A DNA stretch of 34,241 nt from Catajapyx aquilonaris (lineage: Eukaryota): NCBI GenBank assembly GCA_000934665.2, contig KZ539071.1:1-34241 (forward strand). The letters run 5' to 3'. Position 1 is the stretch's first letter, and each line of letters starts with the position of its first letter. The notes beneath the pieces were generated by a model, which did not search any database, had not been told where the DNA came from, and worked only from the letters and a program-made list of their open reading frames with translations. Positions 19,651-30,793 of the stretch are shown here, one piece after another. A program made the translations under genes and the position numbers.

Positions 19651-20682
19651 CCTTAGTATCATTCAAATCTATTTAATTATCTCAAAAATACATTTTTATA
19701 TGAGTAAATTTTTAAACATAAATTGGCACTTAGATCACGCTTGTGCGTGACATGTTGTTACGACTTTGGTGTCACATACAGTATATTTCGTAACACATGA
19801 CACTATATGAACTGTCCAGTGCTTGTATTTTGTCGTACTGTCTCCCAATGATGATTTTATCTAATACCAATATTGACCTTTCCAGTTGGCCCGTCCGTCT
19901 TATGCTGTGCTGGAGTCCACTGTTGGATTGTCCATCAGTGGCTGCAGTGGCAGCTCTTCCAGCAACCAGCAGGCCACATTGCCCGTGGATGGCCAGAAGA
20001 GGAGAGGCGGAAGGAGGCCTAGAGAAGACGATCAGCAGGTACGACACACGACAATTGTTAATCATCCCCATACTCACCTTGATTGTCATGTCAGATGACA
20101 CCTGAGCAGGCGGCCAAGAGGGCCAGGAAACGGCTGATGAACAGGGAAGCAGCGGCCCGATTCAGGAGTAATCAGGCTCAAGATATGGTGTACCTGATGC
20201 ATGTAAGTGTGCTGGTATCTTATGATGCTCATATGTGTTTCACCATATGTGCTTACGCCCATGTGCTATTTTCAGAATATCAGACTTGAACAGGATAGGC
20301 AGAATCAGCTGGACGGGGAGGTCAATGATCTGAACATCACAAGGCAGGGTATGCAGCTTATGCTGGAGGAGCACACTGCCATCTGTCCGTTTATGCTGAT
20401 CAACGGAAATCAACAGCAACAACGACAGCAGCAGCAGCAGATGATGATGACCATGACCCCACAGGCAGTCGTTGGCATGCCTGGTCCCCACACCCCTACT
20501 GCAGTACCTGTTCAGAGGAACTACAATGCACAGGTGGCGCCAAATAATATTATCTATATGGTAAGAATCATCAAATAGCAGCTATTTTGACTTACAGGAC
20601 TGGCAATAATGTTATTTTGTTTCCATAGGCTCTTGAGATGGCTGGAATCAACCCCGAGAGTCCAACTCGACTGACAGAATGA
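18689..20682 (+). CDS. Fos: Fos/kayak-family bZIP, copy 4 (divergent, ~210 aa, poly-Q)
   Basis: Exons 18689-18721 (MDVTMDEAHAE, tentative first exon), 19886-20038, 20095-20202 (108 nt, MTPEQAAKRARKRLMNREAAARFRSNQAQDMVYLMH), 20276-20560, 20629-20682 (ALEMAGINPESPTRLTE*). All phase 0 GT-AG. Confidence 0.8.
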
Positions 20683-20989
20683 AGAGGTAGGGAGTAGCGA
20701 AAAGATAGTCTCTGATGGTACTGATGTACCGACTTGGAGACAGGATATTAAGTGTTTTGTCAACTTAATCGACTAATACCACTCTACTTCCAGATATGGT
20801 TGTCCTTGGCAGTGAAAAGCACAAGTAACGAGAATCTATTGGACCTGCATGATTTTGGACAGAGCTGGCTTCTGGACATGGACAGATGAACAGATGGAAC
20901 CAACAACCAACCTTTCGGATTAAAATATAATTATGTACTATACATCACACTGTATATAGGAATAAAATTAATATTGCTGATGTAGTGCC

Positions 20990-21490
20990 TCGAATATTGC
21001 TGTCATTTCGGATAGATTCCTTCCAATTTTGCAGGTCATCGGCATCAGACATTCGGTTATAACAGACTCGAATGGCCTGTCCTGGGAAACTTCCATAAGG
21101 CGATGTGTATTTTTACTCCCGATATAACATACTCATTTTTACCTCACCTTGGCCATAACGGACCATTTTTTGGTACCTCGGTGGGAAAATATGCTGTTTT
21201 TGACTATTCCATTTCCTTTCCCAAGCAAGGAAGGCAGAGAATACTAGTAATGTGATTATAACATCCGTCACTGATCTAAGCTACGCAAAACCACCCCTTT
21301 TCTGGTATATTTGCGACGCGGAGACGACAGAAATGGAAGGCCCGTTCTCATTGGCTGACCCGAAGTAATCAATGTCCCCCAACCAGAAAGGTCCTCCAGT
21401 TGGGAGAAAGTGATGGGTGGAGTCCACTGCTAATAATTTGGGCAGGTAGAACTTGGGTAGGACCCTCTTTCCCATTGTCCTGCCTCTTCC
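20990..21490. repeat. Direct duplicate of ~10495-10850 followed by a decayed third copy of the Fos distal promoter (~18465-18610)
   Basis: Shared ttcggttataacaga.tcgaatggcc...acatactcatttttacctcaccttggc; then attggctgacccgaagt...ggtcctcc.gttgggagaaagtg. Confidence 0.8.
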
Positions 21491-21808
21491 CTTGCCTGGT
21501 TCACTCAAGTTATACCTACAGATATAGAGTCTTCCCTTTGTATGTACGTATATAAGCAGCCCCAAAAATAAATTCATTGGTCAGGCCCTGGAAGGTTCCT
21601 GGACAGTTCCTGGAAGTGAATTTTATCATATAAAAATTACATTAAAATGTTTTCAGAAAAACCTTTAATTATGCATTTCCTATACTCACTATTGAGTTTT
21701 CAAATGTCACTTTTTGTAGGTGCATTTTTCTTTTGTGAGTATAGTCCACATAACAAGATATTCCCCAGCATGGTTAAAAGCTGTTCTTGAGTCTCCAGGT
21801 TGCAGCAG

Positions 21809-23951
21809 TTATTGGCACTGGAAACCTGGAATTGCAGGCCATATTTGGTTGGGCTCACAGATGGAGTAAGCATAGGGGAATCCAGTGGTGCTCTGGTAAG
21901 GAGTCTTGCACTGGTACATGGCCATGGTGCCCTCCACATGCAGAACGTCACTGCATTGCACTTCTGTCCCACTCGGTTTGTAGCATCTCACCTCTTGGTT
22001 CTCGGACAACGGAGGAGCCTCACAAGTGACCACATACTCAACTGACAAAAAAGTGCAGTAATGGAAGGCGTATATGGTTTAGAAGAGAAAGTTAACCAAC
22101 AATACTTAACTTACCTCCACGTCTTTTACACACCGATGCATACAATATGTATTTTGATGCGCTTCTCACAGTCATTCGACCTCCACTAGCTATGGTCAAG
22201 AACGCAAAGTGGTAAAACCCTCGCCTTCTTTGAGGATGGCCTTCAGACCATTTTCTACAGTAGAGGAATTTTGTATTTACAGATTATTCATACTGTTCAT
22301 TAGTAATGGATTGTACTTGCAGAAATGTGGAGTTAGTTGGAACAGTGCGTCCATCTGTCCACTCCCAGACTCCATCCCGGTCCGTGTCTGACAGACCAAT
22401 CCAGTAAAGGTCATCTATGAAGTTTTTCGTAACATATTCCAACCATTCCTGTAATCGATCAGACTTGGTGCACATAGTTTCACCTATACTGTATAAGGTA
22501 TAGTCCCAAACAATACCATTTCTGCAGGTGAATTGATGGAAATTAAGTATCCGTCCTCTCGCTTGCAAAATGCGTTCGCGTCGTCCCATGACATGTAAAA
22601 TATTTTCAGAGCCAACAAGTAGCAGCTTGAAGAACCGCGTCTCGGATACCAATGGTCTGGACAATTCCCATTGGCTCCGTTTCCATTCTCTGAAACACAT
22701 TACCTAGACTGAATGAATTTGAATTCACCGCGGTTTTCTGAGAGAAATATAAGTACACACAGAAAAATTGCCGCGTCAGGTGACACGCTATGGTAGTCAG
22801 GTGACGATATCCAGTTTGACTCGCCAAGCAGAGTCAGGTTCACTCTCCAAACAAGTCGCCTGACACCTCAGGGGAGTCAAAGGACACCCCAGAGGAGTCA
22901 AATTACTCACCTTTTTAAAGGTGAGTAATTTGACTCCTCTGGGGTGTCCTTTGACTCGCCAGGATGGTCGAGAGACTCCCCAGGGTCATCAGTAGACCCG
23001 CCAGGATAGTCAGAGCAGTTCTAATCGGGGAGGGGTGGTCCTTTGACTCCCCTGAGGTGTCAGGCGACTTGTTTGGAGAGTGAACTGACTCTGCTTGGCG
23101 AGTCAATCTGGATATCGTCACCTGACTACCATAGCGTGTCACCTGACGCGGCCATTTTTCTGTGTGATATGTAACTCTAAAGTACCTTTCTCGCATACAA
23201 ATTGCCAGATTTCCTTACAACCGTGGTCAATAAACCTGTGGTATTCCCCGCTACTTGATAACACGCAGTCTTCGCTGTAGATTCCTTTGTGTAGGTGGTC
23301 AATGTCCCAGGTTCTGTAATAGAATAGGGTTGTAGAATTTTTTTTTACAGCAAGTTCACGGGTACTTGCGTACAGAGATGTGTCATTGTTATAATCATTG
23401 CCATCCACATCCACCCACTTCCATTGGTAGGTTCCGTCGTTGGAAGATGCTTCAGTTGCTCTCAGTCCAATCCACCACCTTCCTACAACCGTAGCCCCTA
23501 ATACTTTGCGACTAATTCTTGAAGCTATCCACTCCTGAATTTAGGACATGGTTAGCATAATAATTATGATCATGTACCAAAAGACTGAACACCACGGGGT
23601 CTCCTCACCAATTCTTTCTCCGAGTTGATAACCAGAAGGTCTGATTTATGATTTTGGCATGATTCACGTGCTTCTTGCCATGTCAGTGCTTCATCCTGAA
23701 GCAGATAGCAGTAAGGCTCGTCCGGAGGAGAGATCCAATTATGGGGACATTTAGTAGCTGAAGGTTGTGATTTTAGGACATCAGGCATGATATATCAGTG
23801 TTCAAAGAAAGTGACTGACGAACAGCCAAAATGGTCAACACCCCCAGAAACTGAACGATGATAAAATTTTATTATTATTGCATAACTTACTGTCTGCAGA
23901 AATACAGGTTATGAAGAGGAAAATGCAACAGAACAATCCACTTGAATCCAT
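21809..23951 (-). CDS. Secreted 2xC-type-lectin-domain + Sushi/CCP-like protein, subtype A (CTL1, ~390 aa)
   Basis: Exons 23951-23891 (MDSSGLFCCIFLFITCISAD), 23757-23609, 23534-23374, 23313-23186, 22689-22517, 22448-22321, 22254-22115, 22041-21809. CP..W...CY and WIGL motifs occur twice. C-terminal CEAPP..C..C..EGTMAMYQC..PY..C....W......C. One GC-AG intron. Confidence 0.9.
22756..23166. mobile_element. Long-TIR fold-back MITE (CAC...GTG termini; CACTA/EnSpm-like) in CTL1 intron 4
   Basis: ~130-bp inverted arms starting cacacagaaaaa (22756) and ending tttttctgtgtg (23166). Nested perfect 41-bp palindrome 22874-22914 / 22917-22957. Absent from the homologous introns of CTL3 and CTL4. Confidence 0.85.
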
Positions 23952-24339
23952 TGCATACCAAAGTTACTTGTAAGCACGTATGCTGCGCCAGGATGTACAG
24001 CGATAGGGCGACCACATCAGGAAAAGACAATATTCGTTCCTGCCTGTCCCAAGCTACAACTATGAGGTAATGATAAGCAAATGTGAAGTTCCTTTGAAGT
24101 TCCTGCTGGAAGTGAATTTTATCATATTAAAAATTACATTAAAATATTTTCAGGAAAACCTTTATCTATGCATTTCCTATACTCACTATTGAGTTTTCAA
24201 ATGTCACTCTTTGTAGTGCATTTTCTTTTGTGAGTCACCCAAATAATAAGATATTCCCCGCCACACACATCCTGAATGTCTGATAACATCACTCGACATG
24301 CAACCAGTCTGGGCTAATACTCATTACCAGCAGCACCTT

Positions 24340-26459
24340 ATGTACTACTTTGCACTCATCTTTCTGGCTCATGGTACGGTCAGAGGAAATACTTCTGCCA
24401 ATATAAAATTTTTTATAATCAGTATGTTCAATGAAACAATGATCTCCCCTTTACTGTAGGCGCCTTGGCTGCCCGATGTCCTGGAGTCTGGATATCTCCT
24501 CCAGACGAAACCTCTTGCTACTTGCTCCAGGGTGAGTACTATACTTGGCAGGAATCTCGCGACTTGTGCCGAGAGAAGGGCGGTGATCTGCTGGTGGTGA
24601 ACTCTGATAAGGAATGGGTAGGCTTAATATTCCACAAAAATGCTTACAACAATGGAAGTACTAACAAAATCCAATGAGCAGGATTGGATAGCTTCAAAGG
24701 TGTACGACAACGTCCTGGAGTATGACGTGATCTGGTCCATTGGACTGAGAGCAGTGTACGAGAAGACATCTCAAGGTGTCGGAGGATACAAGTGGAAATG
24801 GATAGACGGAAGGGAATTTGAAAGCTCTCCATCACTGTATGTATCCACAGGCAACTTATGGGTTCATACGACAAGACAGTGTCGTTGTTTTTGCTGTTGG
24901 GTGGTTGCAGTTGTGTGCCACCAAATCAAATCGTGCACCATGCTTCCTACTCTAATCCTACACATGATAGCACCATATACTGACAGATCCTGTTCGTAAT
25001 AAAAATCTTCAAATAATTCACTTGCATGCCGTTTAATGTGCCCACTAATTAACTTGAATTATTCCAGGAAGTGGGCTCTTGGTGAACCTTCAGGAGAATA
25101 TTTCGCCGATCATTGTGGTATTGTGATGATTTTGTACAACAACATCCTGGCTCTAAATACAGAGTGTATTATCGGTTGGCACTCTGTATGTGAAAAAGAA
25201 AAGGGTGACTTTTTCATTTATTAGTTACATTCTAATTTAGATTAGGTGTAATTTGTGCAATGCACGTCTCTTTAAATAGGTATTATTTTCTATTTTTTTT
25301 CAGAGATACACGACTCATGTCCTGAGAATTGGTTGAACAGAGAAGGCTCCACAAGTTGTTATTACCTGGACACCCTTCATCAGGCAACATGGTTTGAAGC
25401 CAGGGAGAAATGCAAAGCTAGTGGAGGGGATTTGGTGTCGATCAATTCACATGAAGAGAAGGTATGCTTAATTAAAACCCTTCGAAGTCAATTGGAAGCA
25501 CCCAATTCCAATGTTATGATTAAGGAACGGATTTTTATGTTCTAAAAATTTTTTATACTAGATTATAATAGACTGTAACGCTTTCCTGTAACGCTAGGGT
25601 TTGCCTGCATACCCCCGCCATGGGCCCCTGGCAGGACCCCCTGGCAGGACCCCCTGGCAGGACCTTGCTGTAACGCTTTTCTGCAACGCTCGAGTTTGCC
25701 CGCATGCCCCCTGATCCGATTTTAAATCCGATTTAGAAATCCGTTCTGTAGTAGTTACGATGAACTGAGAAATTCCGTTGCTAACAATAGCCACACTTTT
25801 CGCTTCAGGAGTGGCTGAGAGAGGAATTGAGATATTACATCATTTTGGCTTATTGGATCGGCCTCTCCAAGAACAACATAACCAAAGAGTGGGAATGGAC
25901 TGATGGAACCAGTCATGACTCAAGCATCTTGTAACTATCTGGCCTTCTGTTGCAGATATTCATGTATGATTATCCACACTAATCATTTCTGTTGCAGGCA
26001 ATGGGCTCAAGATTTCCCGACAAAAGGAAACAATTATCCAACATCATTAGAAGGGCCTGCACACTTTGCTTCATATGCACCAACCATTCATGCCCTTACC
26101 ACCTTTCCACATTACTTCAGACTCCCTTCAGTGTGTGAAATACCAGGAGGTGTGTTGATGATGTAGTGGTTTACAATCAGTGAAGTCATCACCAACGTGT
26201 ACTTGTCTCAGTCCCCTACAGGATTGCTTGTGAGGCCCCTCCTCCTCCTCCGATGGAAGAGATGGAGATGAGTTGCCATGCCCCGAGTGGAAGGGAGGTG
26301 CAGTGCCACGATGTGCGGCACTCGGAGGGTACCATGGCCGTGTACAGGTGCAGGGAACCCTTCCAGAGCACCACTGGCCTCCCTCTGGCCTATTCAGTCT
26401 GCGACCAAGATCAGAACTGGCCTGCACTTCCTAGCTTCCAATGCGTTCTTCCTGTATAA
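24340..26459 (+). CDS. Secreted 2xCTLD + Sushi/CCP-like protein, subtype B (CTL2, ~387 aa)
   Basis: Exons 24340-24373 (MYYFALIFLAH; in-frame upstream ATG at 24298), 24460-24617, 24682-24836, 25068-25204, 25304-25461, 25809-25930, 25998-26149, 26212-26459. EPS motif in CTLD1. All introns GT-AG. Confidence 0.9.
25573..25711. repeat. Composite repeat insertion in CTL2 intron 5
   Basis: Two ~43-bp direct repeats (ctgtaacgcttt.ctg.aacgct...gtttgcc.gcat.cccc) flank three copies of ccctggcaggacc. The homologous intron in CTL3 and CTL5 is only 66-82 nt. Confidence 0.7.
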
Positions 26460-26689
26460 TCACGTTTGATGGGGACATAATATATTATTTAATTCGGTCA
26501 CCAGTGCATGTAACCACTCCTTGTGTCATCTAAAACTATTAAAGGAAAAACTTGATATCCAGAAGAATTGACAGCATTATTGCGTTGTAATTCTACTTAT
26601 ACAAACTGTATATTGTGTATACAGTGTATGAATAAATATTGCTGATATAGTGAGTAGAATGTGCAACACCGTGCGACGTAGCGATAGTG

Positions 26690-26990
26690 CCATTCGGGGT
26701 CATTCATCGTGGTCCCACGTCCAGATATGTTTATATGTGTCCAAAGAACTAGTGTACCGAGTTTCACGTCTTTATCACCGAATTCAAGCTCCCAATTCAC
26801 ATGGTCTAAGCAGAGAGGTATGTTGGGTCCGTTATATCTGGCAACCCTTCGAGTGACCCACAGCGGGGTCAGTCATCATGGCCCCACGTTCAGAAATGAT
26901 CAGAAGTGCCCAAAGAACAAGTGTACCGAGTTTCTTACTTTAGTCACAAAATGCAAAGTCTGGGCCAAATTGTCCCTTAGCACATGGATA
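26690..26990. repeat. Imperfect ~80-bp direct repeat, possibly a non-autonomous Helentron-type element
   Basis: cggggtca.tcatc.tgg.cccacgt.caga.atg....a.gtg.ccaaagaac.agtgtaccgagtttc at ~26695 and ~26864. Family assignment is a resemblance only. Confidence 0.45.
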
Positions 26991-27574
26991 TTGTGGACAC
27001 CTGTATATGCACATACACAGATTTACACAAGGTCTACTTTTAGATGCCGATGACCTTAAAGGGGTGGCCAATAGAAGATTGCAATGGACGCTTATGCTGG
27101 TAGGGTAGAGGACATCAATTGCATATACATTCAATGAGCTTATCATGTTTTCGATTTATGAATGTCATTGTCAAGATTGTTTTTAATGCGAATAACAATA
27201 GAATAACCATTGCATTGTCCCATTTTTGGAGGCAATTTGATAATGAAAGTATTGGATTGATACGTTCAATACCTATTGTTCCTTATGTTGTCCTCGATGT
27301 GACAGTAAATAATGATTGCATTGTATATGACACGTACTTTAAATGTTAAAATTTGATATCGGGTTTTAAAAATTTATTATAAATATTCGACATAGCATTC
27401 AATGCCTCTACACTACTTGTGACCTCATCAAGCTGTTAGGCACTTCACTATGACTTCAGTCGCGGAGTACGAAGGACTTCATAAGTAACTAATCCCTCAC
27501 TAGAACCTCAGGCCGCAGCCTACGTACGTCTTACAGGTGTGATAATTACCTGTCACAAATAACTTGAGTTTGCC

Positions 27575-30500
27575 ATGGCTTCATCTGATGGATTGTACCA
27601 TTGCATTTTGCTCGTCATTTTCTCAATTTATTCAGACAGTAAGTTGTGTGAAATAACTTGTCTTTCAATGGCTGTTGAGCTCCACCACCACGTTTCACAC
27701 ATGCCATACCTGCTGTAATATTCCAATCCTCAGCTGCAAGATGTCCACAGAGCTGGATATCTCCTCCGAAGGAGCCTTACTGCTGCTATCTGCTCGAGGA
27801 ACGAAGATTGACATGGCAAGAAGCACGTGAATCGTGCCAAATGCAAGGAGGAGATCTTCTGGTTGTCGACTCGGAGAAAGAATTGGTAAGGAGACCCTTC
27901 TACTGCAGCATGTACATGATACTAATAATATCTGCTAAACGCAGGGGTGGATATCTATAATGATCAGTCGCAAAGTCCAACGAATATGGCATGCAACATG
28001 GTGGTGGGTTGGGTTGAGATCAACTGAAGAATCCTCCAACAATGGAAATTTCCAATGGAAATGGGTGGATGGTCCTGATTATGACACCTACTCATCACTG
28101 CAAGTACACTACAAGTGAACCTTCCCACAACATCTTTTAAATACTAACCGATTATCTCAGACCATGGGCCAGTGGACATCCATACAAAGGTCTCTACAGC
28201 GAAGACTGTGTGTTATCTCGTAGCACAAAAACCCACATATTTTTTGATCAAGATTGTACAAGCATGTCCCATTTTATTTGCGAGACAGGTATAGCGTAAC
28301 TTGATTTTGTTTTACAAGGGGTGAGATCAAATAAATCAGGTGAATGTAATTGCAGAGAACGAAACCACAAGCAGACGTGGATGTCCAAACTTCTGGCTTT
28401 CGAGACGTGGTTCCTCAAGCTGCTACCTGTTGGATGCGAGGGTGACTAAATCATGGAAGGAGGCTAACAAGTTTTGTAAGGAAAATGGCGGATATTTAAT
28501 ATCAATCAATTCACCTGCAGAAGAGGTATTGCTCATAGACTGTAGGCGAAACAAGGTGTGTCAGTTCTGCTTGTTTCTAGGCATGGTTGAAAGATGTTAC
28601 GAATACCCCAACAGGTAGAGCTTATTGGATTGGTCTGTCAGACTTTGATCGGGATGGAATCTGGGAATGGACGGATGGTCGCACTGTAGCAACTAACTCT
28701 ACATTCTTGCAAGTAACTTATATAGCAATCTATCTGAACAGGAATAATTGTTTTTGCTAATCTCTCTGACTGTAGAAAATGGCCTGAAGAATATCCACTC
28801 AGAAGGCAAGGGGTTTACAAATTTGCATACTGGACATATAATGATGCTGAAAGTGATCTGATGAGCGACTCGGAATACGGACGTCATGGATCAGTTTGTA
28901 AAAGGCGTGGAGGTAAGTTATTTGCTTTCTCTATACACAGTATTGTTCATGAGCACAATTGTTTGTAGCCTCCAGGGCTGCCCGATGTCCTTCATACTGG
29001 ATATCCCCTCCAGACGAAACCTCTTGCTACTTGCTCCAGGATGAGGACAATACTTGGCAGGGATCTCGCGTCTCTTGCCAAGAGAAGGGCGGTGATCTGC
29101 TGGTGGTGAACTCGGATAAGGAATGGGTAACAGTCTCTTACTTCACATGATCACAATAGTGTAATAACACAACCCACTGAGCAGGATTGGATATCTTCAA
29201 AGTTGTATCCCTCCTACAACGGAATTCCAGTGGCCTGGTTCATTGGACTGAGAGCAGTGTACAAAGAGACATCACCTGGTGCTGGAAGATACACCTGGAA
29301 ATGGATAGACGGAAGGGATTTTCAAAGCTCTCACTCACTGTATGTATTCACAAACTTCCAAAACTTTTAACATGTTTTTACAGCTTAAAGTCCGGTACCA
29401 TCAAAGACTAAGATAATCAGCATCTCTTGTCCCATGCAGTACCCAACACTGATTAACGTGAATTATTTCAGGAAGTGGGCTAATGGCGAACCTTCAGATA
29501 AAATTTACTCACCAATTAACCACGATTATTGTGGTTTGGCAATATTTAACAGCAACTTCACTGGGACTATTAATTATGTGTGTCTTCTGCCATGGCCCTC
29601 TGTATGCGAAAAAGGAAAAGGTAGGTTTTTACCAATTAATACCTTTTTAATTTAAATTAGGGGTAATTTGTGCCAAAAATGCCTCTCCTGTGATTATAAG
29701 GACATTATGGCAGTATAATTATGCATCACCTCTCCTACTAGGGCATTTTGTTTTGCAGATGGAGGACAAGATGAATGTCCTGAGTATTGGCTGGATAGAA
29801 AAGGTTCCACAAGCTGTTACTACGTCAACACCTTGAAGAAAACGTGGTTAGAAGCCAGAGAGAAATGCAAAGATAGCGGAGGAGATTTGGTGTCAGTCAA
29901 TTCAAACGAAGAGAAGGTAATCAAAGTTAAATCAAGACTTCCAAGGAAATACTGCTAGCAATGGCCATACATTCATTTGCAGGAGTGGCTGATAAAGGCA
30001 ATGGGATATTCCGGCATTACAGTTTTTTGGATCGGCCTCATCAAGAATAGCCCAACAGAAGAGTGGAAATGGACTGATGGAACCAGTCACCACTCGAGCA
30101 TCTTGTAACAAACTGCCAGTTCATCGCGATACACGATTATTGGCCACACTAATATTATTTCTGTTGCAGTGAATGGCACAAAAGTTACCCGGAGGTACTA
30201 GACGCTCCGTTACACTTTGCGATGTACGCACCAAACATTCATGCTATTTCCACCTTGCCATATTACTCCGGGGAGTATTCAGTGTGTGAAATAACAGGAG
30301 GTGTGTTGATGATGTAGTAGTTTACAAAGAAGTCATCACCAACGTGCACTTGTCTCCAGTCCCCTACAGGATAGCTTGTGAGGCCCCTCCTCCTCCTCCG
30401 ATGGAAGAGATGGAGATGAGTTGCCATGACCCGAGTGGAAGGGAGGTGCAGTGCCACGATGTGCGGCACTCGGAGGGTACCATGGCCGTGTACAGGTGCA

Positions 30501-30610
30501 GGGAACCATATCAGAGCACCACCGGAATTCCTCTGGCCTATTCAGTCTGCGACCATGATCATAAATGGCCTACATTCCCTGCCTTCCAGTGTGTCCTTCC
30601 AGTCGAATAG
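27575..30610 (+). CDS. Chimeric A::B lectin, signal peptide + 4 CTLD + Sushi/CCP-like (CTL3, ~685 aa)
   Basis: 14 exons: 27575-27638, 27734-27885, 27945-28099, 28161-28288, 28356-28525, 28581-28708, 28776-28912, 28969-29126, 29185-29339, 29472-29620, 29759-29916, 29983-30104, 30170-30300, 30360-30610. 2058 nt with no stop or frameshift; two GC-AG introns. Confidence 0.85.
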
Positions 30611-30793
30611 TCACGTCTGATGATGGGAGCATAATTTTGGTACGGTCACCATTTCTGGTGTCATGTAAAACGAAGAACTTGAAATACAGGAAAATAGGCA
30701 ACAACCAGCATTTATTGCATTGTATCCTACGTATGCTGTACATTGTAAGAATAAATACTGCTGACAGAGTGGGTAATATAATTCCTTGTCATT

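Noticed and set aside
23820..23850. Extra 31-nt exon in CTL1 intron 1
   Set aside because: It has AG/GT ends but would shift the frame, and paralogs lack it.
30620..30793. SECIS element for CTL4
   Set aside because: An ATGA follows the stop, but no matching GA quartet with a proper stem and apical AA could be built by eye.
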